Shown: one piece after another, positions 1 to 9,676 of the stretch
How the letters are laid out: the number at the start of each line of letters is the position of its first letter
How positions within the stretch are numbered: the first letter of the stretch is position 1
Source of the DNA: an uncultured Candidatus Saccharibacteria bacterium
GTDB taxonomy: Bacteria; Patescibacteriota; Saccharimonadia; CAILAD01; BJGX01
Direction of reading: 5' to 3'
DNA length: 64,000 nt
NCBI GenBank assembly: GCA_964552475.1
Contig: CAZKFZ010000001.1
Span: 128,621 to 192,620, forward strand
Notes under the pieces: model-generated
Seen by the model: only the letters and a program-made list of their open reading frames with translations
Database searches by the model: none
Told to the model about the DNA's origin: nothing
Program-made: the position numbers and the translations under genes

Positions 1-782
1 GGTAGGTGGGTAATACGAACAGCCGAGTCTGTGGTGTTGACGCTTTGTCCGCCATGCCCACCAGCCCTGTACACATCTATACGTAAATCTTTGTTGTCAA
101 TATCAATATTTTCACTGACAATTTCGGGAATTACATCTACTAGGGCAAAAGAAGTTTGTCGCAAATTATCACTATTGTATGGAGATAATCGAACTAAACG
201 ATGCACTCCTTTTTCACATTTTAATTTTCCATAGGCAAATGGCCCGGCTATTCTTAAAGTTGTCGATTTTATACCAGCTTCTTCGCCGAAAGAGGTTTCT
301 AACATCTCTACGGTTAAACCATTAGAGTAGGCATATTTGATATACATCTGCTGAAGCATTTCGGTCCAATCTTGGGCGTCAGTACCACCAACACCAGCAG
401 AAAGTTGTAGAATTGCTGGGTTTTTGTCAAACTCGCCATTTAGTTTAACAGCTATCAGAATTTGTGCAGTGCGTTCCTGTAAGAGTTTGGCAACATTAGT
501 AAACTCTTTGTTGGCAGTTTCATTGTTTGTCTCCATCAGGGCAAGATCTAAGGTGGTTTGTAGCTCATCACGAATATCAAACCAACCAGCTATGTATTTC
601 TTTAGATCTGCTGCTTCACGACTTATTTTTTCTGCTTTTTCAGAATCATCCCAAAATCCAGGTTCACTTATTTGCTCTTCTAGGTTTTGAAGTAGTTTTT
701 TTTCACCCTCAATATTCAGTTGCTTAATAGCTATATCAACCGACTCTAAGAGCTCAGAAAGTTGCTTTATAATATTCTTCAT
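1..782 (-). CDS. prfB: Peptide chain release factor 2, 5' part (runs off the window edge)
   Basis: Hand translation from ATG at 782 gives [29 protein letters not shown]..., [22 protein letters not shown] and [21 protein letters not shown] (GGQ motif). Absent from the ORF track because it is truncated by the edge. Confidence 0.95.
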   Translation of the reverse strand, partial: [260 protein letters not shown]

Positions 783-840
783 TACTACATTATACAGTAA
801 GCTCGCACAGTATTTGTAAACTTAATAGTCTGTAGAGTCT

Positions 841-869
841 TTGCACACATTGTGCTTTTGCTCTACAAT
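841..869 (+). promoter_or_regulatory. sigma70-type promoter of ftsE (probably leaderless)
   Basis: TTGCAC-17 nt-TACAAT, with ATG 7 nt after the -10. Confidence 0.55.
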
Positions 870-876
870 GGAGTAT

Positions 877-1557
877 ATGATTCTATTAGATAGAGTCTCG
901 GTAATGTACCCGAATAAAACGGTTGCGTTGTCAGGTGTCTCACTCCATATTAATCCAAAAGAATTTGTTACTATTGTCGGTGCCTCAGGGGCCGGCAAAA
1001 GTACACTTATACGTCTTTTAATAAAAGAAGAAATGCCTACTAGCGGCAAGATTATAGTAGGCAGTATAGACTATGACACTATCGATAAGGCTAATATTCC
1101 TCATTTGCGTAGAAGGATAGGTGTGGTATTTCAGGATTTTAAACTTTTACCAAACATGACTGTCTTTGAAAATGTTGCATTTGCGCTTGAGGTATCTGGG
1201 GTTAGCACCAAAGAGATTAAAAGAGCAGTGCCCAAAATTCTTCAGCTAGTAGGCTTGAGCGAGAAAATGCACTCATACCCAAGTGAGTTATCTGGTGGTG
1301 AAAAACAACGCACGGCTATTGCCAGAGCACTCGTAAGAAACCCCAAGATTTTAATTGCCGACGAACCGACTGGTAATTTAGACCCCAAAAACTCTTGGGA
1401 TATTATCGAGTTGTTATTAAAAATCAATCGTTTTGGGACCACAGTACTGCTTACAACCCACAATAAAGAGATTGTTGATGCTCTTAAGAAACGCGTTATT
1501 ACTATTAATCGCGGTAGAATTGTAAAAGACGCTAAAATAGGAAAATACTCACTATGA
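877..1557 (+). CDS. ftsE: Cell division ABC ATPase FtsE
   Basis: Walker A GASGAGKS, VFQDFKLL, LSGGEKQR and ADEPTGNLD; ATGA overlap with ftsX. Start moved to ATG 877. Confidence 0.93.
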   Translation: MILLDRVSVMYPNKTVALSGVSLHINPKEFVTIVGASGAGKSTLIRLLIKEEMPTSGKIIVGSIDYDTIDKANIPHLRRRIGVVFQDFKLLPNMTVFENVAFALEVSGVSTKEIKRAVPKILQLVGLSEKMHSYPSELSGGEKQRTAIARALVRNPKILIADEPTGNLDPKNSWDIIELLLKINRFGTTVLLTTHNKEIVDALKKRVITINRGRIVKDAKIGKYSL

Positions 1558-2468
1558 CCACCTTTTTACGAATTTGGCGATCTGGCTTTAGGAATATCTT
1601 TAGAAATGCATGGCTAAGCACAGCCGCTACCGCGATCATGGTGGTAACTATTCTTATTATGACCTTTTTTGCATTCTCTTCTGTATTTGTACGCACCCAA
1701 CTTGCACAAGTAAGAGAAAAAATTGATTTGAGTATATTTTTATCAGATGACGCTACACAAAAACAGATAGAGAGCTTACAAGCCAAAATAAGCACCCTTG
1801 AAAACGTAGATTCGGTTACTTTTGTCACAAAAACCGATGCTCTCAAGCGTCTTCAAAGCTCTAGTTCTGAAGGTGAAAAATTAGCAAAATCTGCCGAGAG
1901 CATTGGTAATCCACTACCGGCGAGTTTCGAGGTAAAGCTTGTTAATATAGACAAGATTTCAGATACTAATGGTGTAATTAGATCTCTAGAAGAAGCCAAA
2001 ATAATAACCGAAACTAGTTTTGACAATCGTGACGACAATCGACGAGGTGTAGTAGAGAATATTATTAAAATTAGCAATTCGGTGAGTAGGATAGGCTTAA
2101 TACTTAGCATTGTATTTTTAGTGATAGCTCTTTTGATTATTTTTAATACCATAAGAATGGCTATTTTTACTAGAAGGGAAGAGGTTGAAATTATGAAGTT
2201 GGTGGGAGCTACCAAGTGGTTTATACGTGGGCCGTTTTTAGTAGAAGGTAGTTTGTACGGTATATTTGGAGCCATTATTTCCTTAATTTTAATTGTGCCA
2301 TTCGCAAGAGCAATCACGCCATTTTTAATAGAAAAACTCGGTGCAGGCCCATCACTTGACTATTTTGTTGCACATTTTTGGCTAGTAGCAATAGGCATGT
2401 TCACTGTTGGTATATTTATTGGTGTGGTATCTAGCTGGCTTGCTCTGATTCGTTATCTAAAGATTTAA
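1554..2468 (+). CDS. ftsX: Cell division permease FtsX
   Basis: 4-TM pattern, NPLPASFEV, IFNTIRMAIFTRREEVEIMKLVGAT and PFLVEG; follows ftsE. Confidence 0.93.
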   Translation: MTTFLRIWRSGFRNIFRNAWLSTAATAIMVVTILIMTFFAFSSVFVRTQLAQVREKIDLSIFLSDDATQKQIESLQAKISTLENVDSVTFVTKTDALKRLQSSSSEGEKLAKSAESIGNPLPASFEVKLVNIDKISDTNGVIRSLEEAKIITETSFDNRDDNRRGVVENIIKISNSVSRIGLILSIVFLVIALLIIFNTIRMAIFTRREEVEIMKLVGATKWFIRGPFLVEGSLYGIFGAIISLILIVPFARAITPFLIEKLGAGPSLDYFVAHFWLVAIGMFTVGIFIGVVSSWLALIRYLKI

Positions 2469-2548
2469 TATCTACAAAAATTGCTTGAACATAAGCGTAT
2501 TGCATGATATACTATAAGCAATGTCTATAGGAGGGCAGCAGAAAAAAT

Positions 2549-3643
2549 ATGCTAACACAATTAAATAGCGCAAAAACAAAAATCATGGCAACACTTTTTG
2601 TGGTGGTTTTTTTAGTTTCTATATTTGCAGCTAGAATTACTCACGCTGATCAATTTGACGACCAGATAAATGTTCTTAAGCAAAAGGTTCAGCAGAGTCA
2701 GGCGGCCGCTGATCAAAAAGCCGGTGAAGCCGGCACGCTAAAAGCTAAGCTTTCTGGTATAGATGCCCAGATTAATGCTGCTCAAGCTCAGCTTAATCTT
2801 ACAAATTCCGAAATTTCTGCAACTCAAGCCAGAATAGACGCTGCCAACAAAGATCTTGATCGACAAAAATCTATCTTACGCCAAAATATTAAGTTAATTT
2901 ACAAAGAAGGTAGTGTTAGTCCGATAGAGATTATCGCCTCTAGTAGTAGTTTGAGTGACTTTGTTGCTAAACAAGAATATCTATCGGCTATTAAGAATAA
3001 AATAGATGAAAATCTAGAAAAAATTGATGCTCTCAAAAAAGAACTAGACAGCAAGAAAGACCAACTCACAGCATTATCTACTCAGCAAAAAGCAGTTTAT
3101 GATCAAATAGCATCACAGCGCGCTGAGCAACAAAGCCTCCTTGCTAGAACACAAGGTGATGAAGCTAAATACCGTGAGGTTGCCAACCAAGATAACGCCA
3201 AGATAGCTGAGTTGCGTCGTCAGCAGGCGGCAATTATTTCTTCATTTTCTAGTAACGTAAGATATGGTGGTAGTGGTGGATATCCTTGGGCAGGAGCACC
3301 ATTCCCTAACACATTAGCTGATCCCTGGGGTATGTATCAGAGGCAGTGTGTTAGCTATACCGCCTGGAAAGTGGCTTCAACCGGACGACATATGCCCTAC
3401 TGGGGTGGGCGCGGTAATGCAGCTCAATGGCCCGGCAATGCTCGAGCGGCTGGCATACCTGTAGACGGTAGTCCTAGAGTTGGAGATGTTGCCATCTCTA
3501 CAGCTGGCTATTATGGTCACGCTATGTACGTAGAAGCCGTAAATAGTGGAACGGTACGGGTTAGTCAATATAATGCTAACTGGGATGGAGCATACTCAAC
3601 TAGTGATGTTTCGATAGCTGGGCTACAGTTTATACATTTTTAA
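2549..3643 (+). CDS. PcsB/CwlO-like coiled-coil CHAP peptidoglycan hydrolase
   Basis: Signal peptide, long coiled coil, C-terminal CHAP domain with QCVSY (Cys) and YGHAMYVE (His); downstream of ftsEX. Confidence 0.88.
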   Translation: MLTQLNSAKTKIMATLFVVVFLVSIFAARITHADQFDDQINVLKQKVQQSQAAADQKAGEAGTLKAKLSGIDAQINAAQAQLNLTNSEISATQARIDAANKDLDRQKSILRQNIKLIYKEGSVSPIEIIASSSSLSDFVAKQEYLSAIKNKIDENLEKIDALKKELDSKKDQLTALSTQQKAVYDQIASQRAEQQSLLARTQGDEAKYREVANQDNAKIAELRRQQAAIISSFSSNVRYGGSGGYPWAGAPFPNTLADPWGMYQRQCVSYTAWKVASTGRHMPYWGGRGNAAQWPGNARAAGIPVDGSPRVGDVAISTAGYYGHAMYVEAVNSGTVRVSQYNANWDGAYSTSDVSIAGLQFIHF

Positions 3644-3664
3644 TAAAACCCATAAAAAAAGTTT

Positions 3665-4921
3665 ATGAAAAACAATCCAGAATCATATGCGGATAATCCT
3701 ATAATATCTAAAAAATTACACAAAACAATCTGGCCAACCATAATTGTAGGCGTTGTGTTTTTTGCTTTAGGATTTTTATTGAATGCCTCAATTGTTAGAG
3801 TTCAAATAGGCTCCAGCTTACAATCAAAAAACTCCATAGATCTAACGAAGTTTTGGCAAGTAAATGACATACTGCACAAAAAATTTGATGGAGATATTTC
3901 TGCCGAAAAGCAGTCTGAGGGTGCTATTACCGGCATGGTAGCTAGTCTTGGCGATCCATACACCACTTACTTGACCGAAAAAGAAAACAATGAGTTAAGC
4001 GACCAGCTAAGCGGTAAATTAAGTGGTATTGGTATTGAGGTGGGCATTAAGAACAATCGACTCACCGTAATTGCGCCGATAGATGGTTCTCCTGCCCAAA
4101 AGGCTGGATTAAGAGCGGGCGATATTATAGCTGCTGTTGATGGACAAGATACTAGTAGTATGACCGTTGATGAAGCCGTGCACAAAATACGAGGGCAAAA
4201 GGGTACAGATGTGAAGTTGACAATTTTACGACCCGGTAACTCCTCTAAAGACATAACAATTACTAGAGACGATATTACCGTACCAAGTGTGAGCTCAGAA
4301 ATAAAACCAGGCAGTATAGGTTATATTAAAATTAGCACCTTCGGAGACAATACAGTTGCCGATGTTGATAAGGCTGCTGAAAGCTTGTCTAGCCAGGGTG
4401 CCAAGGCAATAATTGTAGATGTTCGTGACAACCCTGGCGGTTATCTTGATGCCGCTGTTAAGATTAGTTCTGAATTTTTAAGCAATGGTACGGTAGTAGA
4501 AGAGAGATCGAAGCATTCGGAAAATAAGGTTCTAACCGCTATACCTGGAGGAAAGCTTACTAATGTTCCAGTAATTTTGCTTATTAATGGTGGTTCGGCT
4601 TCGGCATCTGAAATTATGGCGGGCGCATTACACGATAACGGCAGAGCTACACTTGTAGGAGAAAAAACCTATGGCAAGGGTAGTGTTCAAGAAATAATCT
4701 GCCTAAGTTCTGGTATATTTGGTTTGAGCGGAGGTGAGTGCAAGGGCGACTCATTAAAGGTTACTGTGGCGCACTGGTTCACCCCAAAGGGTGTAAATAT
4801 CAGCAAGGAAGGCATTGCTCCTGATGTTGAGGTTAAACTAACGGGCGACGACTATAACGCCAATCGAGACCCGCAACTTAACAAGGCATTAGAGTTGGCT
4901 ACTCAAAAGGTTAATCAGTAA
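3665..4921 (+). CDS. S41 family C-terminal processing peptidase (CtpA-like, PDZ)
   Basis: N-terminal TM, GDPYT, PDZ GIGI, DVRDNPGG, SASASEI, GEKTYGKGSVQ and GIAPD. Confidence 0.93.
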   Translation: MKNNPESYADNPIISKKLHKTIWPTIIVGVVFFALGFLLNASIVRVQIGSSLQSKNSIDLTKFWQVNDILHKKFDGDISAEKQSEGAITGMVASLGDPYTTYLTEKENNELSDQLSGKLSGIGIEVGIKNNRLTVIAPIDGSPAQKAGLRAGDIIAAVDGQDTSSMTVDEAVHKIRGQKGTDVKLTILRPGNSSKDITITRDDITVPSVSSEIKPGSIGYIKISTFGDNTVADVDKAAESLSSQGAKAIIVDVRDNPGGYLDAAVKISSEFLSNGTVVEERSKHSENKVLTAIPGGKLTNVPVILLINGGSASASEIMAGALHDNGRATLVGEKTYGKGSVQEIICLSSGIFGLSGGECKGDSLKVTVAHWFTPKGVNISKEGIAPDVEVKLTGDDYNANRDPQLNKALELATQKVNQ

Positions 4922-4922
4922 T

Positions 4923-5432
4923 ATGAACAATTATATTGAAATTCTTGACCTAGTAGATGAAGACGACAAAGTAATTAACACTCTTAGCCGCGATAAAATA
5001 TATAAAAATGGTCTAAAATATGTTCGAGTGGTAGAAGGTTTTATAAAGAATAGCTCAGGTAAAATTTGGATACCCGTAAGACACGGAGATAAGCGTATTG
5101 CACCAGGCGGTTTTGACATAGGAGTGGGTGGTCATGTTGAGCATGGTGAAACGTACTTACAAGCATTTAGAAAAGAAACCCAAGAAGAGCTTGGCTGGAA
5201 TATTGACACCATGAATTATCGCAAAGTTGATAAGTTTGGTCCAAAAGATGGGCTAAATACTGTTTCTATGGTTTACGAAATAATGACCGATACAAGTCCT
5301 GAACTTAATTCTGATGATTTTATAAGTGCAAGGTGATACTCTCCATAAGAAGTGGTTGATAAAATAAAGTCCGGACACAAGGCTAAATCGAACTTACTGA
5401 AATTATTACAGCTTGTATATGACGTTAAGTAA
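4923..5432 (+). pseudogene. NUDIX hydrolase (IDI-like), interrupted near the C-terminus by TGA 5334-5336 and TAA 5346-5348
   Basis: Nudix box GGHVEHGETYLQAFRKETQEELG. The frame continues protein-like past two stops to TAA 5430-5432; the open part is 4923-5336. Confidence 0.7.
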
Positions 5433-5506
5433 AAAGTATTGCATATATATCCACATAAGCGGTATGATAGAAAAAACGTAAGTGAGTCGAGGGGAGTTAT
5501 TTATAT

Positions 5507-7153
5507 ATGCCAAGCAAAACAAAAAAACAAGTTAAGTACATATTTGTAACCGGTGGGGTCGTTTCAGGACTCGGTAAGGGCATCACCGCAGCAAGCCTCG
5601 GCAGAATTCTTAAAGCCCGAGGCTTTTTAGTAAATATGCAAAAGTGCGACCCATATCTAAACACTGATGCTGGCACCCTAAACCCTGCCGAGCACGGTGA
5701 GGTATTTGTTACCCACGACGGTGCCGAAACCGACCTTGACCTCGGACATTACGAACGATTTATTAATAATGAACTTAGTAAGTCTAGCTCGGTAATCTCT
5801 GGACAAATATTTAGTCAAGTAATTACTAATGAACGCAAAGGTTTATACCTTGGTAAGACGGTTCAAATCATACCTCACGTTACCAGTGAGATACAGCGAC
5901 GAATCATAGAAGCTGGTAAGGGTTTCGATATTCATATTGTAGAGATTGGGGGTACCGTAGGTGATTACGAAGCTATGGCCTTTATTGAGGCTATTAGGCA
6001 AATGAAACACAGAGTAGGTGCCGAAAATGTTTTATATGCACACTTAGTATTTTTGCCATATTTAGAAACTAGTAAAGAAGTGAAAACAAAGCCGGCTCAA
6101 AACAGTGTTCGCGATCTAAGAGAGGCTGGCATACAACCAGACGTATTATTTGTGCGCACCGACCATGCAATTACAGCCGATGCACTCGAAAAACTTAGTC
6201 TGTATTGCGATGTAGAAAAGGATGCTATTGTTGGTCTAGAAACGGCACACACAGTATATGAAGTCCCAATAAGGATGGAAGAGACTGGAATTGGGCACTA
6301 TATTACTAAAAAACTTGGATTTACTAAAAAAACTGCAAATCTATTGGAATGGTCTAATTTGGTAGACAGTGTATATAAACCAAAACAAGAAATAGTAGTT
6401 GGTGTGGTTGCAAAATATATGAGTCACGAAGACACCTACATGAGTGTTTTTGAAGCGCTACGTTCGGCTGGATGGCATCACAACCGTAGTGTCAAAATTA
6501 AATGGATAAATGCCGAAGATCTAGGATCAATAGAAAGTAGCTTAAAAGATATTGATGGGGTAGTAGTGCCAGGTGGTTTTGGTAGCAGAGGAGTGGAAGG
6601 CAAAATTTTGGCAGCACATTATGCTCGAACAAACAATCTGCCCTATTTAGGTCTTTGCCTTGGCATGCAGGTAGCAGTTATTGAATTTGCTAGAAATGTA
6701 TTAAATATAAAAGATGCTAACAGTGCCGAGATAGATCCCAACACAAAAAACCCGGTTATTCATATTATGCCAAGTCAAGTAGGTGTACAGCTAGGTGGAA
6801 CAATGAGACTAGGAAACTATAAATGTATTTTAAGTAAAAAGTCGCACGCCTATTTAGCGTATGGAAAAACCAGCGTCTTAGAGAGACATCGACATCGGTA
6901 CGAGTTTAATAATAGTTATAGAGATAAATTCGAGAAATCCGGCCTAGTACTTAGCGGATTAAGCCCAGATAAACAATTAGTTGAGGTAGTTGAGCTACCT
7001 AATCACGTATTTTTTGTGGCTAGCCAATTTCACCCTGAGTTTAAATCTCGACCCAACCATCCCCATCCATTATTTAAAGACTTTATTGGTGCATGTAGTA
7101 AAACTAGTGCACACAAACAAACTAAAAAAATAAGTTCAGTTAGTGGTTTGTAA
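5507..7153 (+). CDS. pyrG: CTP synthase
   Basis: GGVVSGLGKG, DLDLGHYERF, KTKPAQ, GLCLGMQ, RHRHRYE and QFHPEF. Confidence 0.98.
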   Translation: MPSKTKKQVKYIFVTGGVVSGLGKGITAASLGRILKARGFLVNMQKCDPYLNTDAGTLNPAEHGEVFVTHDGAETDLDLGHYERFINNELSKSSSVISGQIFSQVITNERKGLYLGKTVQIIPHVTSEIQRRIIEAGKGFDIHIVEIGGTVGDYEAMAFIEAIRQMKHRVGAENVLYAHLVFLPYLETSKEVKTKPAQNSVRDLREAGIQPDVLFVRTDHAITADALEKLSLYCDVEKDAIVGLETAHTVYEVPIRMEETGIGHYITKKLGFTKKTANLLEWSNLVDSVYKPKQEIVVGVVAKYMSHEDTYMSVFEALRSAGWHHNRSVKIKWINAEDLGSIESSLKDIDGVVVPGGFGSRGVEGKILAAHYARTNNLPYLGLCLGMQVAVIEFARNVLNIKDANSAEIDPNTKNPVIHIMPSQVGVQLGGTMRLGNYKCILSKKSHAYLAYGKTSVLERHRHRYEFNNSYRDKFEKSGLVLSGLSPDKQLVEVVELPNHVFFVASQFHPEFKSRPNHPHPLFKDFIGACSKTSAHKQTKKISSVSGL

Positions 7154-7158
7154 AATAA

Positions 7159-7434
7159 CTAAGAAACTATATTAACAACGGTTTTACGTTGCTTAGCACC
7201 TGTAAAAGCAACTTTTCGTTTTTGAGAGAAGCTTACAAATCCTGCTTTGGTAGCAAAAATAGTAAAATCTTTACCTACTCCAACACCGACACCCGGTTGG
7301 TACTTGGTTCCGCGTTGACGTAACACTATATCGCCGGGTTTTACTTCTTGTCCGCCAAATAGCTTTACACCTAGTCTCTTAGATTGTGAATCGCGACCGT
7401 TCTTACTAGAACCGCCGGCTTTTGTATGTGACAT
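7159..7434 (-). CDS. rpmA: 50S ribosomal protein L27
   Basis: [24 protein letters not shown] and RQRGT. Confidence 0.98.
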   Translation of the reverse strand: MSHTKAGGSSKNGRDSQSKRLGVKLFGGQEVKPGDIVLRQRGTKYQPGVGVGVGKDFTIFATKAGFVSFSQKRKVAFTGAKQRKTVVNIVS

Positions 7435-8595
7435 TTAATTCCTTTTTTTATTATTCAAAACTAATATCTGTCTACCTACAATTTGATTTGGTCTTTTATA
7501 GATCAAATCTTTGCTATCAACAGACTCAAACTGCTTAATAGTATAGCCTAGATTAACAATTTGGTCAACAATATTGAGCTTTTTTAAACCATCTTTAGTT
7601 TGCCAACAAGGCAAGGTAATAACTATACTTTCGGGTTTTCGTATTAAACCCTGCAGGTTCTTGAAAAAGCCTAAATACAAGTCAGCTAATTCTGATTTTA
7701 GAGTATTTAAAAAATCAACCGATGGGGGTTCTGATAACATCTTACCTAGATAGCCTTCTGTGACAATACAAAATCTTTCTTTTGGTAAATTAGTAATCTC
7801 AACAGCGTTTTTTTCAAAAACTTTATAAGGAGAGCTAATATCAAATTTTTCAGACAACCATAGTATGTTGTCTGAAGATGCTTTTATCATAGAAGTAGAA
7901 AGGTCTGACCCCCATGCAGCACTACCTCTTAACAAAGATTCTTGCATTACTACGCCACTACCACAAAATGGATCATAAACGACAGTGTCTTTAGTGACAC
8001 CCGCCAAATTTAGCATTATTTGAGCTAATTTTGGTGGAAACATTCCCACTTGCATATTACGTTTTGGTCTTCCAAAGTCTCTTAGAGCATAACTATCAAT
8101 ATCTTGTAGTTGAGTAGTTTTAGCTATTGTAAATTCCGAATTATCCTCAATGACCAATATCTCCATGCCATTTTTTAATAAATTATTATGTTTTACTTGA
8201 GCAGTATTTAGCTGTACTTTATTTGGCAAAACAAACCGACATTTTATATTATTTCTTTTTAAATTCTTTTTAATATTTATTAAGATATGTTTATAGCTTT
8301 TAGCGTCAATACTCTCACCATAAAAACTTACCCCAAAGTCAATTGAATTAACCGAGGTTTTATGGTAATGTTTAACAATTTGATCTGCTATGCTGTTGAT
8401 TAAGGTACCTTGCCCTCTAGTGGTCATAAGCACTTGACCTATTTTTATAACTGAGCCAAGAATGTCTATATTTTGCCCGAATGAGTCGTCAAAAATCACT
8501 GCGTTTTTACCAAGTTTTGCAACAATACCAAAAGCGCTCTCTGTCTCGGCGTATGCTAAGTTTTTTTCTCTACCAATGATAGCTATGTTTTGCAT
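7435..8595 (-). CDS. Trm11/UPF0020-like SAM-dependent RNA methyltransferase
   Basis: FPPKLAQIMLNL and YDPFCGSG (motif I), plus an N-terminal THUMP-like region; its stop abuts the rpmA ATG. Confidence 0.75.
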   Translation of the reverse strand: MQNIAIIGREKNLAYAETESAFGIVAKLGKNAVIFDDSFGQNIDILGSVIKIGQVLMTTRGQGTLINSIADQIVKHYHKTSVNSIDFGVSFYGESIDAKSYKHILINIKKNLKRNNIKCRFVLPNKVQLNTAQVKHNNLLKNGMEILVIEDNSEFTIAKTTQLQDIDSYALRDFGRPKRNMQVGMFPPKLAQIMLNLAGVTKDTVVYDPFCGSGVVMQESLLRGSAAWGSDLSTSMIKASSDNILWLSEKFDISSPYKVFEKNAVEITNLPKERFCIVTEGYLGKMLSEPPSVDFLNTLKSELADLYLGFFKNLQGLIRKPESIVITLPCWQTKDGLKKLNIVDQIVNLGYTIKQFESVDSKDLIYKRPNQIVGRQILVLNNKKRN

Positions 8596-8655
8596 AAAAA
8601 CAATTATATCTCAAAACTAACGCTAAAGGGGCAAATACGGTACAATGATAATAAT

Positions 8656-9675
8656 ATGAAATTACGTCATTTTATGTTTTTCGTTGCTTTAATAGTGGTG
8701 GTTGTGTTAGCCTACAACCAATTCCATCAGGTGCAGTCTTTTGGCCAACTTTTCTCACAGGTGAGGTGGTGGTTACTTATTTTAGCTATCCCTATTAGGT
8801 ACTTCTACTATAGAAGTAATGCTAAATATTTTGAAAGTTTTTTTGCTATATTTAAACAAAAAACTGGTTTTGGTGAACTCACTGAGGCCACAATTACCAT
8901 GAACTTCGTAAATATTGTTTTTCCATCTGGTGGCATATCGGGTATCTCTTATATTCGTAAAGTATTAGATGGTAAAGTTAGTTCATCAAACGTCACTCTG
9001 GCTCAACTAAGCTGGTATTTACTAAGTTTTGTAGCTTATCTAGTTTTCTTACTTGGTGCGTTCGTTTTACTGCTATTATCAAACCAGGTTATAAGAATAA
9101 GTTCGCGTATTATTATCTTGGTGCTATTTATAGTAATTACAATAAGTATCGCTATACTCACCTTTATTTTTAACCCCAAGTTTATTGCCAGTATAGCGGT
9201 GGTTGCTGCAAAACCTGTTAATCGAGTATTAAAGCTTATTAGAAAACGAGTATTTGGAAAAGAAAGAATAAGAAATTTCTTAGAACAGTTACACGACTCT
9301 ATCTTGTTTTTAAGATCTCATAGGAGCGAGTTGGGCAAACCTTTCTTATATACCTGTTTGATGGTTTTTTGGGATCTAGCAACTATATACTTGGTGTTTG
9401 TAGCATTTGGTCAGGTTGTGAACCCGGGAATAATTATGGCTGGTTATGTAATTGCACTAATTTCTTCTTTGGCCGCTATCGTCACTGCCGGTATTGGCGT
9501 GTATGAAGCAGCGATGGTGGCAACTTTTGTAGGTTTAAATATTCCGTTTGACATCGCTTTCGCTGTGACAATTCTTTATAGGGTAATATCATTGTGGTTA
9601 TTTGTACCCGTTGGATTATTGTTTTATAAAAGAACATTACTTGGTAAGAAGTCGACAACAGGTAAGAGTAAATAA
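8656..9675 (+). CDS. Lysylphosphatidylglycerol synthase TM / flippase-like membrane protein (UPF0104)
   Basis: Multi-TM; N..FPSGGISG, AGIGVYEAAM and LYRVISLW. Confidence 0.82.
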   Translation: MKLRHFMFFVALIVVVVLAYNQFHQVQSFGQLFSQVRWWLLILAIPIRYFYYRSNAKYFESFFAIFKQKTGFGELTEATITMNFVNIVFPSGGISGISYIRKVLDGKVSSSNVTLAQLSWYLLSFVAYLVFLLGAFVLLLLSNQVIRISSRIIILVLFIVITISIAILTFIFNPKFIASIAVVAAKPVNRVLKLIRKRVFGKERIRNFLEQLHDSILFLRSHRSELGKPFLYTCLMVFWDLATIYLVFVAFGQVVNPGIIMAGYVIALISSLAAIVTAGIGVYEAAMVATFVGLNIPFDIAFAVTILYRVISLWLFVPVGLLFYKRTLLGKKSTTGKSK

Positions 9676-9676
9676 T

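Noticed and set aside
31-727. Short + strand ORFs (31-234, 424-690, 527-727)
   Set aside because: They are antisense shadows of prfB. The many other 60-220 aa track ORFs overlapping recognised genes were rejected for the same reason.
5334-5348. UGA recoding (genetic code 25 or 4)
   Set aside because: TGA terminates several clear genes (ftsE, scpA, der, mraZ), the conserved genes have no internal TGA, and a TAA follows 4 codons later.
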